A stretch of DNA of 64,000 nucleotides from Terriglobus sp. (GTDB taxonomy: Bacteria > Acidobacteriota > Terriglobia > Terriglobales > Acidobacteriaceae): positions 17,112 to 81,111 of the forward strand of contig OZ241387.1 of NCBI GenBank assembly GCA_965200815.1. Direction: 5' to 3'. Position 1 is the first letter of the stretch, and each line of letters opens with the position of its first letter. Positions 39,863 to 49,432 of the stretch are shown one piece after another. A program made the translations under genes and the position numbers. The notes below the pieces were generated by a model. That model did no database searches and was not told the origin of the DNA. It was given only the letters and a program-made list of their open reading frames with translations.

Positions 39863-41119
39863 GTGCGCGCCCAGTGGAGGCAGCTCGGCGCTGGCGCGAT
39901 GCTGGCGGCGGGCCTACTCGCCTACCTGCCCGTCAAGGCTCAGCCCACGGACGCCCCGCTGGGCGCTACCGTCGAGGATCTGCTGGCCGCTGGCAGGCGG
40001 CTAAGCCCGGGGCTGCGCGCGGCGGCCCTGGACACAGAGGCGGCCGCGGCCAAGGCGAGTGGCGCCGACAGGCTGGACGATCCGACGATTACGGACAGCT
40101 ACACCTACTACAAGGACCCGAACGTCTTCAGCGCCCACACGGCGATGCTGACCCAAGCGTTCCCGCTATGGGGCAAGCGGGACCTACGCCGTCAAGCAGC
40201 CCTGGCGGATGTGGATGCTAGCCGGGGGCGGGAGCAGGCTGCCCAGGACGAACTGGACGAGCGAATTAAGGTCGCCTTCGCGCAGTATCTCCTGCTCACC
40301 AAGAGCATGGCGGTGAACCGGGAGATCACAGAGTTAGCACGGCGCATGAAAACCGTTGCTGCAGCCCGCTACGGCCAGGGCGGAGGCGACCAGGCCGGGG
40401 TTATCCAGGCATTCGGCGAGGAAACGGCCGCCAAGGTGGAAGCGGTTAGGCTGGCAGGCGCCAGGGGTGCGGCCCAGGCGCGCTTGAATGCACTTATCGG
40501 CCGGCCAACCGGCACTCCCCTGGCCGATCCGGTTTGGGCGCGGCCGATGCCGGCGGCCGATCCGCTCCTTGCCGTGCTTATCGAGCGTGCCCGTGCAGGC
40601 AACCCAACGCTGTTGACCAGCACGGCTGCAATTGCGGCTGCCAGGGTGCGGAGCACGCTGGCCGACAAGGCATGGTATCCGGATGTCACTGTTGGCGCTG
40701 GGCCGTTGGTGCAGACGAACAACCGCCCGGTCGGCTTCGCGGCCACGGTCGGCCTGAACATCCCGCTCCCTTGGGGGCGGGCAGCGTCCGGCCAGCGGGA
40801 GGCGGCGGCCCAGGTGGGCGCCACGCAGCAGCGCCACGACGCAACACGGCTGGAGGTCGAGGGCGCCCTAGGCGAGGCGGTCGCCAGGCTGCGAGCCATC
40901 CGTGCCACCGAGACGCTCCTGCGGCGAGAAACGATGCCGCAGGCCCAGGCGGGCTTCCGGGCGGTGCTGGCGGGCTACGGGCAAGGCAGAGGCGACCTGA
41001 CGGTCGCCATCAAGGCCGAACGGCAGGTGCATGACGTCGAGCTTCGCCTCCTGCAGGCCCAACTGGACGCGCAGGTTGAGATAGCCGCCATCGAACGCCT
41101 CATCGGGGGTGACCTATGA
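39863..41119 (+). CDS. cusC: Outer-membrane efflux protein (CusC/TolC family), RND system 2
   Basis: GTG start, signal peptide, 418 aa with an OEP-type repeat structure. The stop overlaps the cusB start. Confidence 0.8.
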   Translation: MRAQWRQLGAGAMLAAGLLAYLPVKAQPTDAPLGATVEDLLAAGRRLSPGLRAAALDTEAAAAKASGADRLDDPTITDSYTYYKDPNVFSAHTAMLTQAFPLWGKRDLRRQAALADVDASRGREQAAQDELDERIKVAFAQYLLLTKSMAVNREITELARRMKTVAAARYGQGGGDQAGVIQAFGEETAAKVEAVRLAGARGAAQARLNALIGRPTGTPLADPVWARPMPAADPLLAVLIERARAGNPTLLTSTAAIAAARVRSTLADKAWYPDVTVGAGPLVQTNNRPVGFAATVGLNIPLPWGRAASGQREAAAQVGATQQRHDATRLEVEGALGEAVARLRAIRATETLLRRETMPQAQAGFRAVLAGYGQGRGDLTVAIKAERQVHDVELRLLQAQLDAQVEIAAIERLIGGDL

Positions 41120-42534
41120 TGCGCGAGCTGCTTGCGGCCGGCGTTGCCGCCCTCATTGCCACCGGCGTTGCCGGTGGAATTGCCAAGGCTGAGGACGGCC
41201 GGCAACCGCTCTACTATCAAGACCCGGATGGCAATCCATTCTATTCGGCCGGTCCCAGAAAGGCGGCAAGCGGGCACGATTACGTGCCGGTCTTCGATGA
41301 CGCCGCACCGACCCCGGGAGTTGCTGCGAACGACACGCCGGCGGCACCAGCAGCAGGGACAACCGTACAGGCAGCGTCCTCCTCTGGCCAAAACCGCATC
41401 CTGTTCTACCGCAACCCCATGGGCCTGCCCGACACCTCACCCGCGCCCAAGAAGGATTCGATGGGCATGGACTACATCCCCGTCCGTGAGAGCGAGGCGG
41501 TGGATGCAGGCGCCGGCTTGGTCACCATCGCGCCCGGCCGGATGCAGGTCCTCGGCGTCCGGACCGCTCCCGTCGAAAGTCGCGCGGCGCTGACGCGGAC
41601 GATCCGGGCAACGGGGACGGTGCAGTTCGACGAGCGCCGGATGGCCGTCGTGAGCACGCGGGTGGGCGGCTGGGTCGAGCGCCTGGAAGTCGGGGCGACC
41701 GGAGATGCTGTCAGGCGCGGCCAAGTGATGGCTGACCTCTACTCGCCGGACCTGGTTGCAGCAGAGGAAGAGTTCCTAGTGGCGTCGCGCATGGGCGGCG
41801 CGATGGCGGCAGCCTCAGTTCAGCGCCTGCGCGCCCTGGGCGTGCCTGATGGCGAGGTCACCAGGCTGCGGCGCACCGGCAAGACGGCGCAACGCATCCC
41901 GGTCCTGGCGCCGGCGGATGGTGTAGTCACCGAGAAGATGGTGGTGCAGGGCACCCGCGTCGGACCGGACCAGCCGCTGTATCGGACGGCAACCCTGTCG
42001 CCCGTATGGGTAATCGCCGAAGTTCAGGAAGGGGAGCTTGGCGGCGTGCGGCCGGGCCAGCAGGCCAAGGCCGGCTTCGTCGCCTTCCCGGGCCGCGGCT
42101 TCACCGGCACGGTGGACTTCATCTACCCGAGCCTGACGGCCGAGACGCGCACCGCCCGTGTGCGCGTCATCATGCCCAACGCGGACGGGGCGCTACGGGC
42201 AGGAATGTTCGCCAGCGTGGAGATCGAAGCACCCGCTGCCAACGGCGCGGGGCCGATGCTTGCGGTGCCATCTTCGGCCGTCCTGGACAGCGGTACGCGG
42301 CAGGCCGTGCTGGTGGAGCGTGGCGAGGGACGGTTCGAGCCACGCCAGGTGCGCGTCGGCGCGCAGGGCGATGGCACCGCCCAGATTCTCGACGGTCTCA
42401 AGCCCGGCGAGCGGGTGGTGGTCGGCGCGAACTTTCTGATCGACGCCGAGAGCAACCTTCGGGCCGCGCTGCAAGCCTTCACTGTGCCCGGCGGGCCGGG
42501 GCAACTTAACGGACAGAGAGGCAAGACGCCATGA
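41116..42534 (+). CDS. cusB: RND periplasmic adaptor, CusB-like
   Basis: N-terminal segments YYQDPDGNPFYS and FYRNPMGLPDTSPAPKKDSMGMDYIPV are typical of Cu/Ag adaptors. An MFP core follows. Confidence 0.85.
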   Translation: MMRELLAAGVAALIATGVAGGIAKAEDGRQPLYYQDPDGNPFYSAGPRKAASGHDYVPVFDDAAPTPGVAANDTPAAPAAGTTVQAASSSGQNRILFYRNPMGLPDTSPAPKKDSMGMDYIPVRESEAVDAGAGLVTIAPGRMQVLGVRTAPVESRAALTRTIRATGTVQFDERRMAVVSTRVGGWVERLEVGATGDAVRRGQVMADLYSPDLVAAEEEFLVASRMGGAMAAASVQRLRALGVPDGEVTRLRRTGKTAQRIPVLAPADGVVTEKMVVQGTRVGPDQPLYRTATLSPVWVIAEVQEGELGGVRPGQQAKAGFVAFPGRGFTGTVDFIYPSLTAETRTARVRVIMPNADGALRAGMFASVEIEAPAANGAGPMLAVPSSAVLDSGTRQAVLVERGEGRFEPRQVRVGAQGDGTAQILDGLKPGERVVVGANFLIDAESNLRAALQAFTVPGGPGQLNGQRGKTP

Positions 42535-45500
42535 TCGCCCGGATCATCGCCGGTTCGGCGCGCAACTGGCTGCTGGTCGTGTTCGCAACCGCGTTCCTCG
42601 TGGGCGCAGGCATTTGGGCGGTGCTTAAGACGCCGCTCGACGCCATCCCCGACCTCTCCGACACGCAGGTGATCGTTTATACCGACTACCCCGGTCAGGC
42701 TCCGCAGGTGGTCGAGGACCAGGTCACCTATCCGCTCACCACCGCGCTGCTGGCGGTGCCGCGCTCGAAAGTGGTACGGGGCTTCTCCGCCTTCGGTGCC
42801 TCGTTCGTCTATGTGGTGTTCGAGGACGGCACGGACCTGTACTGGGCCAGGAGCCGTGTGCTGGAGTACCTCAATTTCGCGCAGAAGCGGCTGCCATCAG
42901 GCGTGACGCCCTCGCTGGGTCCCGACGCGACAGGAGTCGGTTGGGTGTATCAGTACGCCGTGGTCGGCGCGCAGCGAACGCTGGCCGAGCTTCGCAGCGT
43001 GCAAGACTGGCTGATCCGCTTCCAGCTTACCAAAGCGTTCGGCGTGGCCGAGGTCGCGTCGGTCGGCGGGTTCGAGAAGCAGTATCAGGTCGTCGTGGAT
43101 CCGCGAAAGCTGCAAGCATTCGGCATCCCGCTGTCCCGGGTGACGGAGGCGGTGCGCACCAGCAACCGCGACGTGGGCGGCCGTACCATCGAAATGACCG
43201 AGACCGAGTACATGGTCCGTGGGCGTGGCTACCTGACGGGCGCAGGCGACCTGGAGCGGGTGGTGCTGCGCGCGAATCCGAGCGGCACGCCCGTGCTGCT
43301 GCGCGACGTAGCCCGTGTGCAGATCGGCCCCGACGAGCGGCGCGGCATTAGCGAGATGGACGGAACTGGGGAGGCGGTCGGCGGCATCGTGGTCAAGCGC
43401 GACGCCGCGGATGCGCTCACCACAATCCGAGCCGTCAAGGAGCGCATCGCCGAGCTGCTGCCCAGTCTGCCGGAGGGCGTCAGCGTTCAGACGGTCTATG
43501 ACCGCTCCGAGCTGATCCTGCGCGCCATCGCCAACCTGCAACGCACGCTGATCGAGGAGAGCCTGATCGTCTCTTTGGTCTGCGTCGTGTTCCTGCTGCA
43601 CGTCCGCAGCGCGCTCGTGGCCATCGTGACGCTACCCATCGGCGTCTTGCTTGCAGTGCTCGCCATGCACACCATCGGCGTCGGGTCGAACATCATGAGC
43701 CTGGGTGGCATCGCCATCGCACTTGGCGCCATGGTGGATGCCGCCATCGTCATGATCGAGAACGCGCACAAGCACGTCGAGCGGCTGAAACCCGGCGAAC
43801 CGCGCGGCCCTGCACTGATCGCCGCCGCGCAGGAGGTCGGGCCCTCGCTGTTCTTCAGCCTGCTCATCATCGTGGTCTCATTCCTGCCGGTGTTCAGCCT
43901 GGAGGGGCAGGAAGGCCGGATGTTCAAGCCGCTGGCCTACACCAAGACTTTTGCGATGGCCGGCGGCGCGCTGCTGTCCATCACGCTGGTGCCGGTGCTG
44001 ATGCTGGCCTTCGTGCGGGGCCGGATCATCCCGGAAAGGCGCAACCCGATCAACCGCGCGCTGATCTGGCTCTACCGCCCGCTGATCCGCGGTGTGCTCC
44101 GGGTGCCGGCGCTGCTGCTCTTGCTTGCCGCGGGTGCTTTGGCCGCAACCGTATGGCCTGCAATGCAGCTTGGCAGCGAGTTCATGCCGGAGCTGCGCGA
44201 AGGCACGCTGCTCTACATGCCCGTGACCCCGCCCGGTTTGTCCATCACCAAGGCGGCCGAGCTGCTGCAAACCCAGGACCGCATCATCCGGAGCTTCCCC
44301 GAGGTGGCGTCGGTGTTCGGCAAGGCGGGCCGGGCCGCGACCGCAACCGACGCGGCGCCCACCGAGATGTTCGAGACTCTCGTCAACCTCAAGCCGGAGA
44401 GCGAGTGGCGGCCGGGGATGACGCTGGACGCCCTTAAGGCGGAGATGGACGAAGCGCTACGCCTGCCCGGCGTCAGCAACGCCTGGACGCAGCCCATCCG
44501 GGCCCGCATCGACATGCTCTCCACCGGCATTCGCACGCCGATCGGCGTCAAGGTGTTCGGTCCGGACCTCACCCAGCTTTCCGCGCTGGCCACGCAGGTG
44601 GAGCAGGCGGTCCGCGCCGTGCCCGGCACCACCAGCGCCTTCGCGGAGCGGTTGCAGGGCGGGCGCTACCTTGAGATCGCACCGGACCGGGACGCCGTTG
44701 CCCGCTACGGCCTCTCCATCGGCGATGTGCAGGACGTGGTGGCGACGGCGCTTGGCGGAGAGACGGTCACGACGACCGTCGAGGGCCGGGAGCGCTACGG
44801 CGTAATCGTTCGCTACCCGCGCGACCTGCGCGACGATCCCCGATCCATCGGGGACCAAGTGCTCGTGCCGACGCCTGGCGGCGCCATGGTGCCATTGGAG
44901 CAGTTGGCGCGCATCGCCCTGACTGGCGGGCCGCCTTCCATCCGTACAGAGAACGCCCAGCTTGCCGCCTACATCTATGTAGACATGCAGGGGCGCGATA
45001 TGGGCAGCTACGTCGCCGACGCTGCCCGGGTGGTGCGCGGCCAGGTGCAGGTGCCGCAGGGCTACCGTATCGAGTGGAGCGGGCAATTCGAGAACCTGGA
45101 ACACGCTAAAGCCCGGCTTAAGCTGGTTGTTCCGGCAACGCTGGCCGTGATCTTCCTGCTGCTCTACCTCAACTTCGGCCGGATCGCGGAGACGCTGATC
45201 GTCATGCTGTCCGTGCCATTTGCCATTGTAGGCGGCATCTGGCTGATGTGGTGGCTCGGCTACAACGTCAGCGTCGCGGTCGTGGTCGGGTTCATCGCGC
45301 TGGCCGGCGTCGCCGCCGAAACCGGAGTCATCATGCTGATCTACCTCGATCACGCGCTGGAGGCAGTCCGGGCGGAGCGGGCCAGGGAGGGCCACGCGCT
45401 GACCCGGGCTGACCTGCGTGCCGCCATCATGGAAGGAGCCGTCGAGCGCGTGCGCCCCAAGATGATGACGGTGGTGGCGATCATGGCCGGCTTGGTGCCG

Positions 45501-45701
45501 ATCCTGTGGAGCACTGGGAGTGGGTCAGAGGTTATGCGTCGCATCGCCGCGCCGATGGTGGGCGGCATGGTGTCCTCGACCGTGCTGACGCTACTCGTCA
45601 TCCCGGCGCTCTATGCTCTGGTCAAGGGTTGGCGGCTGCCGCATGGGGATCTCGTGACGGCGAAGCCGCGTCTGGCGGTGATGTCTCAAGCCGCCAAATA
45701 G
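42531..45701 (+). CDS. cusA: Cu(I)/Ag(I)-type HME-RND permease, CusA-like
   Basis: 1056 aa. WRPGMTLDALKAEMDEALRLPGVSNAWTQPIRARIDMLSTGIRTPIGVKVFG closely parallels the E. coli CusA region as I recall it. Confidence 0.9.
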   Translation: MIARIIAGSARNWLLVVFATAFLVGAGIWAVLKTPLDAIPDLSDTQVIVYTDYPGQAPQVVEDQVTYPLTTALLAVPRSKVVRGFSAFGASFVYVVFEDGTDLYWARSRVLEYLNFAQKRLPSGVTPSLGPDATGVGWVYQYAVVGAQRTLAELRSVQDWLIRFQLTKAFGVAEVASVGGFEKQYQVVVDPRKLQAFGIPLSRVTEAVRTSNRDVGGRTIEMTETEYMVRGRGYLTGAGDLERVVLRANPSGTPVLLRDVARVQIGPDERRGISEMDGTGEAVGGIVVKRDAADALTTIRAVKERIAELLPSLPEGVSVQTVYDRSELILRAIANLQRTLIEESLIVSLVCVVFLLHVRSALVAIVTLPIGVLLAVLAMHTIGVGSNIMSLGGIAIALGAMVDAAIVMIENAHKHVERLKPGEPRGPALIAAAQEVGPSLFFSLLIIVVSFLPVFSLEGQEGRMFKPLAYTKTFAMAGGALLSITLVPVLMLAFVRGRIIPERRNPINRALIWLYRPLIRGVLRVPALLLLLAAGALAATVWPAMQLGSEFMPELREGTLLYMPVTPPGLSITKAAELLQTQDRIIRSFPEVASVFGKAGRAATATDAAPTEMFETLVNLKPESEWRPGMTLDALKAEMDEALRLPGVSNAWTQPIRARIDMLSTGIRTPIGVKVFGPDLTQLSALATQVEQAVRAVPGTTSAFAERLQGGRYLEIAPDRDAVARYGLSIGDVQDVVATALGGETVTTTVEGRERYGVIVRYPRDLRDDPRSIGDQVLVPTPGGAMVPLEQLARIALTGGPPSIRTENAQLAAYIYVDMQGRDMGSYVADAARVVRGQVQVPQGYRIEWSGQFENLEHAKARLKLVVPATLAVIFLLLYLNFGRIAETLIVMLSVPFAIVGGIWLMWWLGYNVSVAVVVGFIALAGVAAETGVIMLIYLDHALEAVRAERAREGHALTRADLRAAIMEGAVERVRPKMMTVVAIMAGLVPILWSTGSGSEVMRRIAAPMVGGMVSSTVLTLLVIPALYALVKGWRLPHGDLVTAKPRLAVMSQAAK

Positions 45702-45788
45702 TGAACGGTAAGTTGACCCGAGAGGGCTGCCGAATGCCCTTTGACGCTTAACTCGACAGCACGGGCGAGTAGAAGGTATTGTCAGCCT

Positions 45789-46205
45789 ATGGTGATGGCG
45801 CGTTTCCGTCAATTTGCATGGATGCTCCTCCTGGTGTTGTTCGCCGGGGTGAGCCTGCCCGTGCTCGCGTCCGCAGGTCCAAGCTTCGCGCAAGCCCGTG
45901 CCAAAGTTGCCACCGTGTCTCATGTCCATGCCGACGGAACCGCCCACACGCACGCGGTGAAGGCCGACGTTCGCACGTCGGATATCAAAGCGGTGCCATC
46001 AAAGGTGAAAACGACCGATTGCTCCTGCTGCCTGACCAACACCGCGTGTGCCTTGTCCTGCTTCGGCATGGCGTTGCTGCCCATGAATGTCGATTGGGCA
46101 TGGGCTTCCACGTTAATGCCTTGGTCTTATGCCGTGGTCAGTGCCCCGTCCGGCGTAGGTCCTTCGGGCGACATCGACCCTCCTAGACTCGTCTCCCTCA
46201 GCTAG
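45789..46205 (+). CDS. Small His/Cys-rich exported protein preceding RND system 3
   Basis: Signal/TM segment FAWMLLLVLFAGVSLPVLASA, then SHVHADGTAHTHAV and CSCCLTNTACALSCFG. Analogous to 39001..39363. Confidence 0.45.
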   Translation: MVMARFRQFAWMLLLVLFAGVSLPVLASAGPSFAQARAKVATVSHVHADGTAHTHAVKADVRTSDIKAVPSKVKTTDCSCCLTNTACALSCFGMALLPMNVDWAWASTLMPWSYAVVSAPSGVGPSGDIDPPRLVSLS

Positions 46206-46313
46206 GCCCGCTTCGCGCGGGCTACGACGCCCTGCGTGTGCCTTGTGCACCAGCAGGGTGGCCAGTGAGCGGATGCGCCCGAGCCAAGTGCCGGGCCTGC
46301 AACGAGGACCATC

Positions 46314-47792
46314 ATGTTTTCTCCGATCCATCGGGCAGCGCTCATCGCGCTCTCCGCCCTGCCTGCAACGGGGTGGTCAGCCCACGCCCAGGGCTTCATT
46401 TCTCCCGGTGCGCGGGCCGTTTCTCCGGCAGGGCAATCCGGCAACGCTCCTGGGCGCACCGCGCCAGCTCCGTCTGTCACCGCACCGTCCGGACCGGGAC
46501 ACGCTCTGCCGACCTTGAGCATGCCCAGTGGCGATATCTCCGCCTTGCCAGTGCCGGATGCCGCAGATGCTGGAAGCGATGGAGCTTCGACGCCACGTGC
46601 AGCACTACCCCCGTCGAAAGCCGTCATCCCACCATCCACCTTGCCTCCGCCCGAAGCGGTATCCCGTCTCAGGGCAGCCATGGACGGAGCTTGGACCCGA
46701 AGCGTCGAGCTTGCAGGGGTAGCGGGCAGGCAAGCCGCCGCGAGAGCGCGAGGACGCTCGGCGGACAGCGTGACGCCAGGCTCTCCTTCATTAGGAGGCG
46801 GCTTCGTCAGCGACGGAATCAACAATGCACGCGGCGGCCGCGAGGCCGAACTGTCCGTAGCTACGCCCCTGTGGTTGCCCGGTGAAGGAACCGCAAGCCG
46901 CCGGGTAGCGGACGCGGACCTATCGCGGCTCACGGCGGGGCAGCAGGCCCAGCGTCTTGTCGTGGCCGGAGAGGTCCGCGAGGCCCTAGCCACGGTGGCG
47001 CTCGCCAAGGTGGAGGCAGACGGCGCGGAAGCTCGGCTTCGCAATGCGGCTAGCCTGGAGACCGACGTTGCTCGGCGGGTGCGCGGGCGTGAGGCAGCCG
47101 AAGCTGAATTGCTGACCGTGCGGCTGGACCGGATGGAGGCGGAGATTGGATTGGCCGATCGCCGCGCGACCTTGGAGGGCGCACGCCTGGCGTTCCGGTC
47201 GCTGACTGGGATCGAGCCGGACCCCGCGGCATTGAACGAGGCCGACCCGGGATCGAGTGCACCAACACATTCGAGGCTGGCCGAAGCGGATGCCGCCGTG
47301 ACGGCGGCCGATGCCAACCGCCGCCTGACCGCCTTGCAGGTGCGGGAGAGCCCCGAGATCGGGTTGCTCGCGCGGAGTTCGCGGGAGGCCGGGAACAACT
47401 ATTACGACAACCGGGTCGGCATCCAGTTCCGCCTGCCCTTCGCCACCGAGGCCCGCAACGCGCCACGGCAGGCCGCGGCCGAGGCCGAACTGACCGAGGC
47501 CACGGCCGCGGCGGCAAACGTCCGGCGCCAAGTGGACCTTCAGGCGGTCCGTGCCCGGCTCGACCTATCCGCCGTGCAGCAGGCGCTGGGAACCGTTCGG
47601 CAACGCGTGACGATGCTCCGGCAGCAACGTGGATTGTCGGAGGCCGCATACCGGGGCGGTCAGGTGTCCCTGGGCGATGTCATCCGCATCCGAGCTCTGG
47701 TGATAGAGGCGGAAGTGGCGAATGGTCGCGCGGAAATTGCCGTCCGGCAGGCGCGATCGCGGGTCAACCAGGCGCTGGGGATCCTGCCATGA
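46314..47792 (+). CDS. Outer-membrane efflux protein (TolC family), RND system 3
   Basis: A signal peptide, then a long Pro/Ala/Ser-rich linker, then an OEP core. The stop overlaps the next start. Confidence 0.8.
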   Translation: MFSPIHRAALIALSALPATGWSAHAQGFISPGARAVSPAGQSGNAPGRTAPAPSVTAPSGPGHALPTLSMPSGDISALPVPDAADAGSDGASTPRAALPPSKAVIPPSTLPPPEAVSRLRAAMDGAWTRSVELAGVAGRQAAARARGRSADSVTPGSPSLGGGFVSDGINNARGGREAELSVATPLWLPGEGTASRRVADADLSRLTAGQQAQRLVVAGEVREALATVALAKVEADGAEARLRNAASLETDVARRVRGREAAEAELLTVRLDRMEAEIGLADRRATLEGARLAFRSLTGIEPDPAALNEADPGSSAPTHSRLAEADAAVTAADANRRLTALQVRESPEIGLLARSSREAGNNYYDNRVGIQFRLPFATEARNAPRQAAAEAELTEATAAAANVRRQVDLQAVRARLDLSAVQQALGTVRQRVTMLRQQRGLSEAAYRGGQVSLGDVIRIRALVIEAEVANGRAEIAVRQARSRVNQALGILP

Positions 47793-49432
47793 GGACGATC
47801 GCCGCTCTCACCCTTTTGGCCATCCTCGCGGCAGGGCCGGTTCATGCCCATGCCGGGCACGACGATGCGCCTCCACTCGCGGCGACCGCAACGACCCTGC
47901 CGCGTGCGGAGGCTCACTCGGACCTGTTCGAACTGGTCGCCAGGATCGAAGGCGGTGCCGTGATTATCCACCTGGACCGCTTCGCGACCAACGAACCCTT
48001 GGGCAACGCCACAATCGAGGTAGCCGAAGGCACCGAGACCTCTACGGCGCAGCCACAGCCGGATGGGACGTATCGACTGGCGGCCCCCTGGATCGGTGCC
48101 CCAGGCCACCATGAGCTGGTGTTCACCGTGGCGGCCGGAGATGAAGCCGACCTGCTGAGTGCCAGCATCGACATCCCGGCAGACGATCACGGCGCGGCAC
48201 CCGCGACGGGCGCACGGGCGCGAATGCAGGCGGCGCTCGGCGACAGCCGGGTTCCCGTGGTCGCTGGATTGGGCTTCCTGCTCGGCGCTTTTACCATCCT
48301 GCTGTTCCAGGCGCGTGGCCGAAGGCGAGCGGCCATGGGCGGGATGGCACTGCTCTCCGGCGTGCTGGTGGCTGGCGTCGCGTTCGCCCATGCCGGGCAC
48401 GATGGTGAGGAGGCACCGCCACCTGCCACGGACGCACCGCGGCGCCAACCGGACGGCAGCGTCTCCATGCCAAAGGATGCGCAGCGCCTGCTGGCCATCC
48501 GCACCGTGCTGGCAGGTTCCAACGATGCGACCCGAACCGCTCTGGTCATCGGGCAAGTCATCGCCGACCCCGAAGCCGCCGGACGCGTGCAGACCAGCCA
48601 GCCCGGTCGTGTCGGCCCCGGCAAGAAGGGGCTCGCCCGTCTGGGTCAGCGGGTCGAGAAGGATGACGTGCTCGCGATCGTGACCCCATCCATCGGCACC
48701 GTCGAGCGCGGTGGCGTGCAGGCGCAGGTGGCGGAACTGGACGGGGCGGTTCGCTTGGCGCAGGCCAGGCTCTCCCGCCTTTCGGCCCTGGCGGGCAGCG
48801 TCGCGGGTAAGGAAATCGACGATGCCCGGCTGGAGCTGGACGGTGCCCGCAGGCGGCGTGCCGCACTTGCACCTTCGTTGGCCCGTGCCGAGGTGCTGGT
48901 CGCCCCGGTGACCGGCGTGGTCTCGGTGGTGAATGCCCAGGTCGGCGCGGTGGTCGACAGCAAGGACATCCTCTTCGAGATCGTCGACCCGAACCGGCTT
49001 TGGGTAGAGGCGGTGCTGACGGACCCGAGCCTCGCCGGACAGGTTCGAGGCGGCTCCGCCATCACCGCAGATGGCACGACGATCGCCGTGACGTTCATCG
49101 GCCGCGGCATGACCCTGCGGCAGGGTGCGGTACCGCTGCAATTCCGTATTGACGCGCCGCCGCCGGGTCTTTCTGTCGGCTCTCCCGTCACCGTCGTCGC
49201 CGAATTGGATGGTAGGGAGCACGGGATCGCATTGCCGCGCGCAGCGGTGGTGCGGCAGGCGAATGGCACGGCGGCCGTGTGGGAGCACGTCTCGGCCGAG
49301 CGCTTCGTGGCCCGTTCTGTCCGTGTGCGACCACTGGATGCAGGACGCGTGCTGGTGCTGGGCGGGCTCGCGGCGGATCCGCCGCCGCGCATCGTGGTGC
49401 AGGGTGCCGAGTTGCTGGGTCAGGTGCGCTGA
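47789..49432 (+). CDS. RND periplasmic adaptor fused to an N-terminal accessory domain (duplicated signal peptide plus HAGHD motif)
   Basis: Domain order: MRTIAALTLLAILAAGPVHA-HAGHD, a ~130-aa domain, a TM segment, RGRRRAA, MGGMALLSGVLVAGVAFA-HAGHD, then the MFP core (lipoyl hairpin, beta-barrel). Confidence 0.8.
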   Translation: MRTIAALTLLAILAAGPVHAHAGHDDAPPLAATATTLPRAEAHSDLFELVARIEGGAVIIHLDRFATNEPLGNATIEVAEGTETSTAQPQPDGTYRLAAPWIGAPGHHELVFTVAAGDEADLLSASIDIPADDHGAAPATGARARMQAALGDSRVPVVAGLGFLLGAFTILLFQARGRRRAAMGGMALLSGVLVAGVAFAHAGHDGEEAPPPATDAPRRQPDGSVSMPKDAQRLLAIRTVLAGSNDATRTALVIGQVIADPEAAGRVQTSQPGRVGPGKKGLARLGQRVEKDDVLAIVTPSIGTVERGGVQAQVAELDGAVRLAQARLSRLSALAGSVAGKEIDDARLELDGARRRRAALAPSLARAEVLVAPVTGVVSVVNAQVGAVVDSKDILFEIVDPNRLWVEAVLTDPSLAGQVRGGSAITADGTTIAVTFIGRGMTLRQGAVPLQFRIDAPPPGLSVGSPVTVVAELDGREHGIALPRAAVVRQANGTAAVWEHVSAERFVARSVRVRPLDAGRVLVLGGLAADPPPRIVVQGAELLGQVR

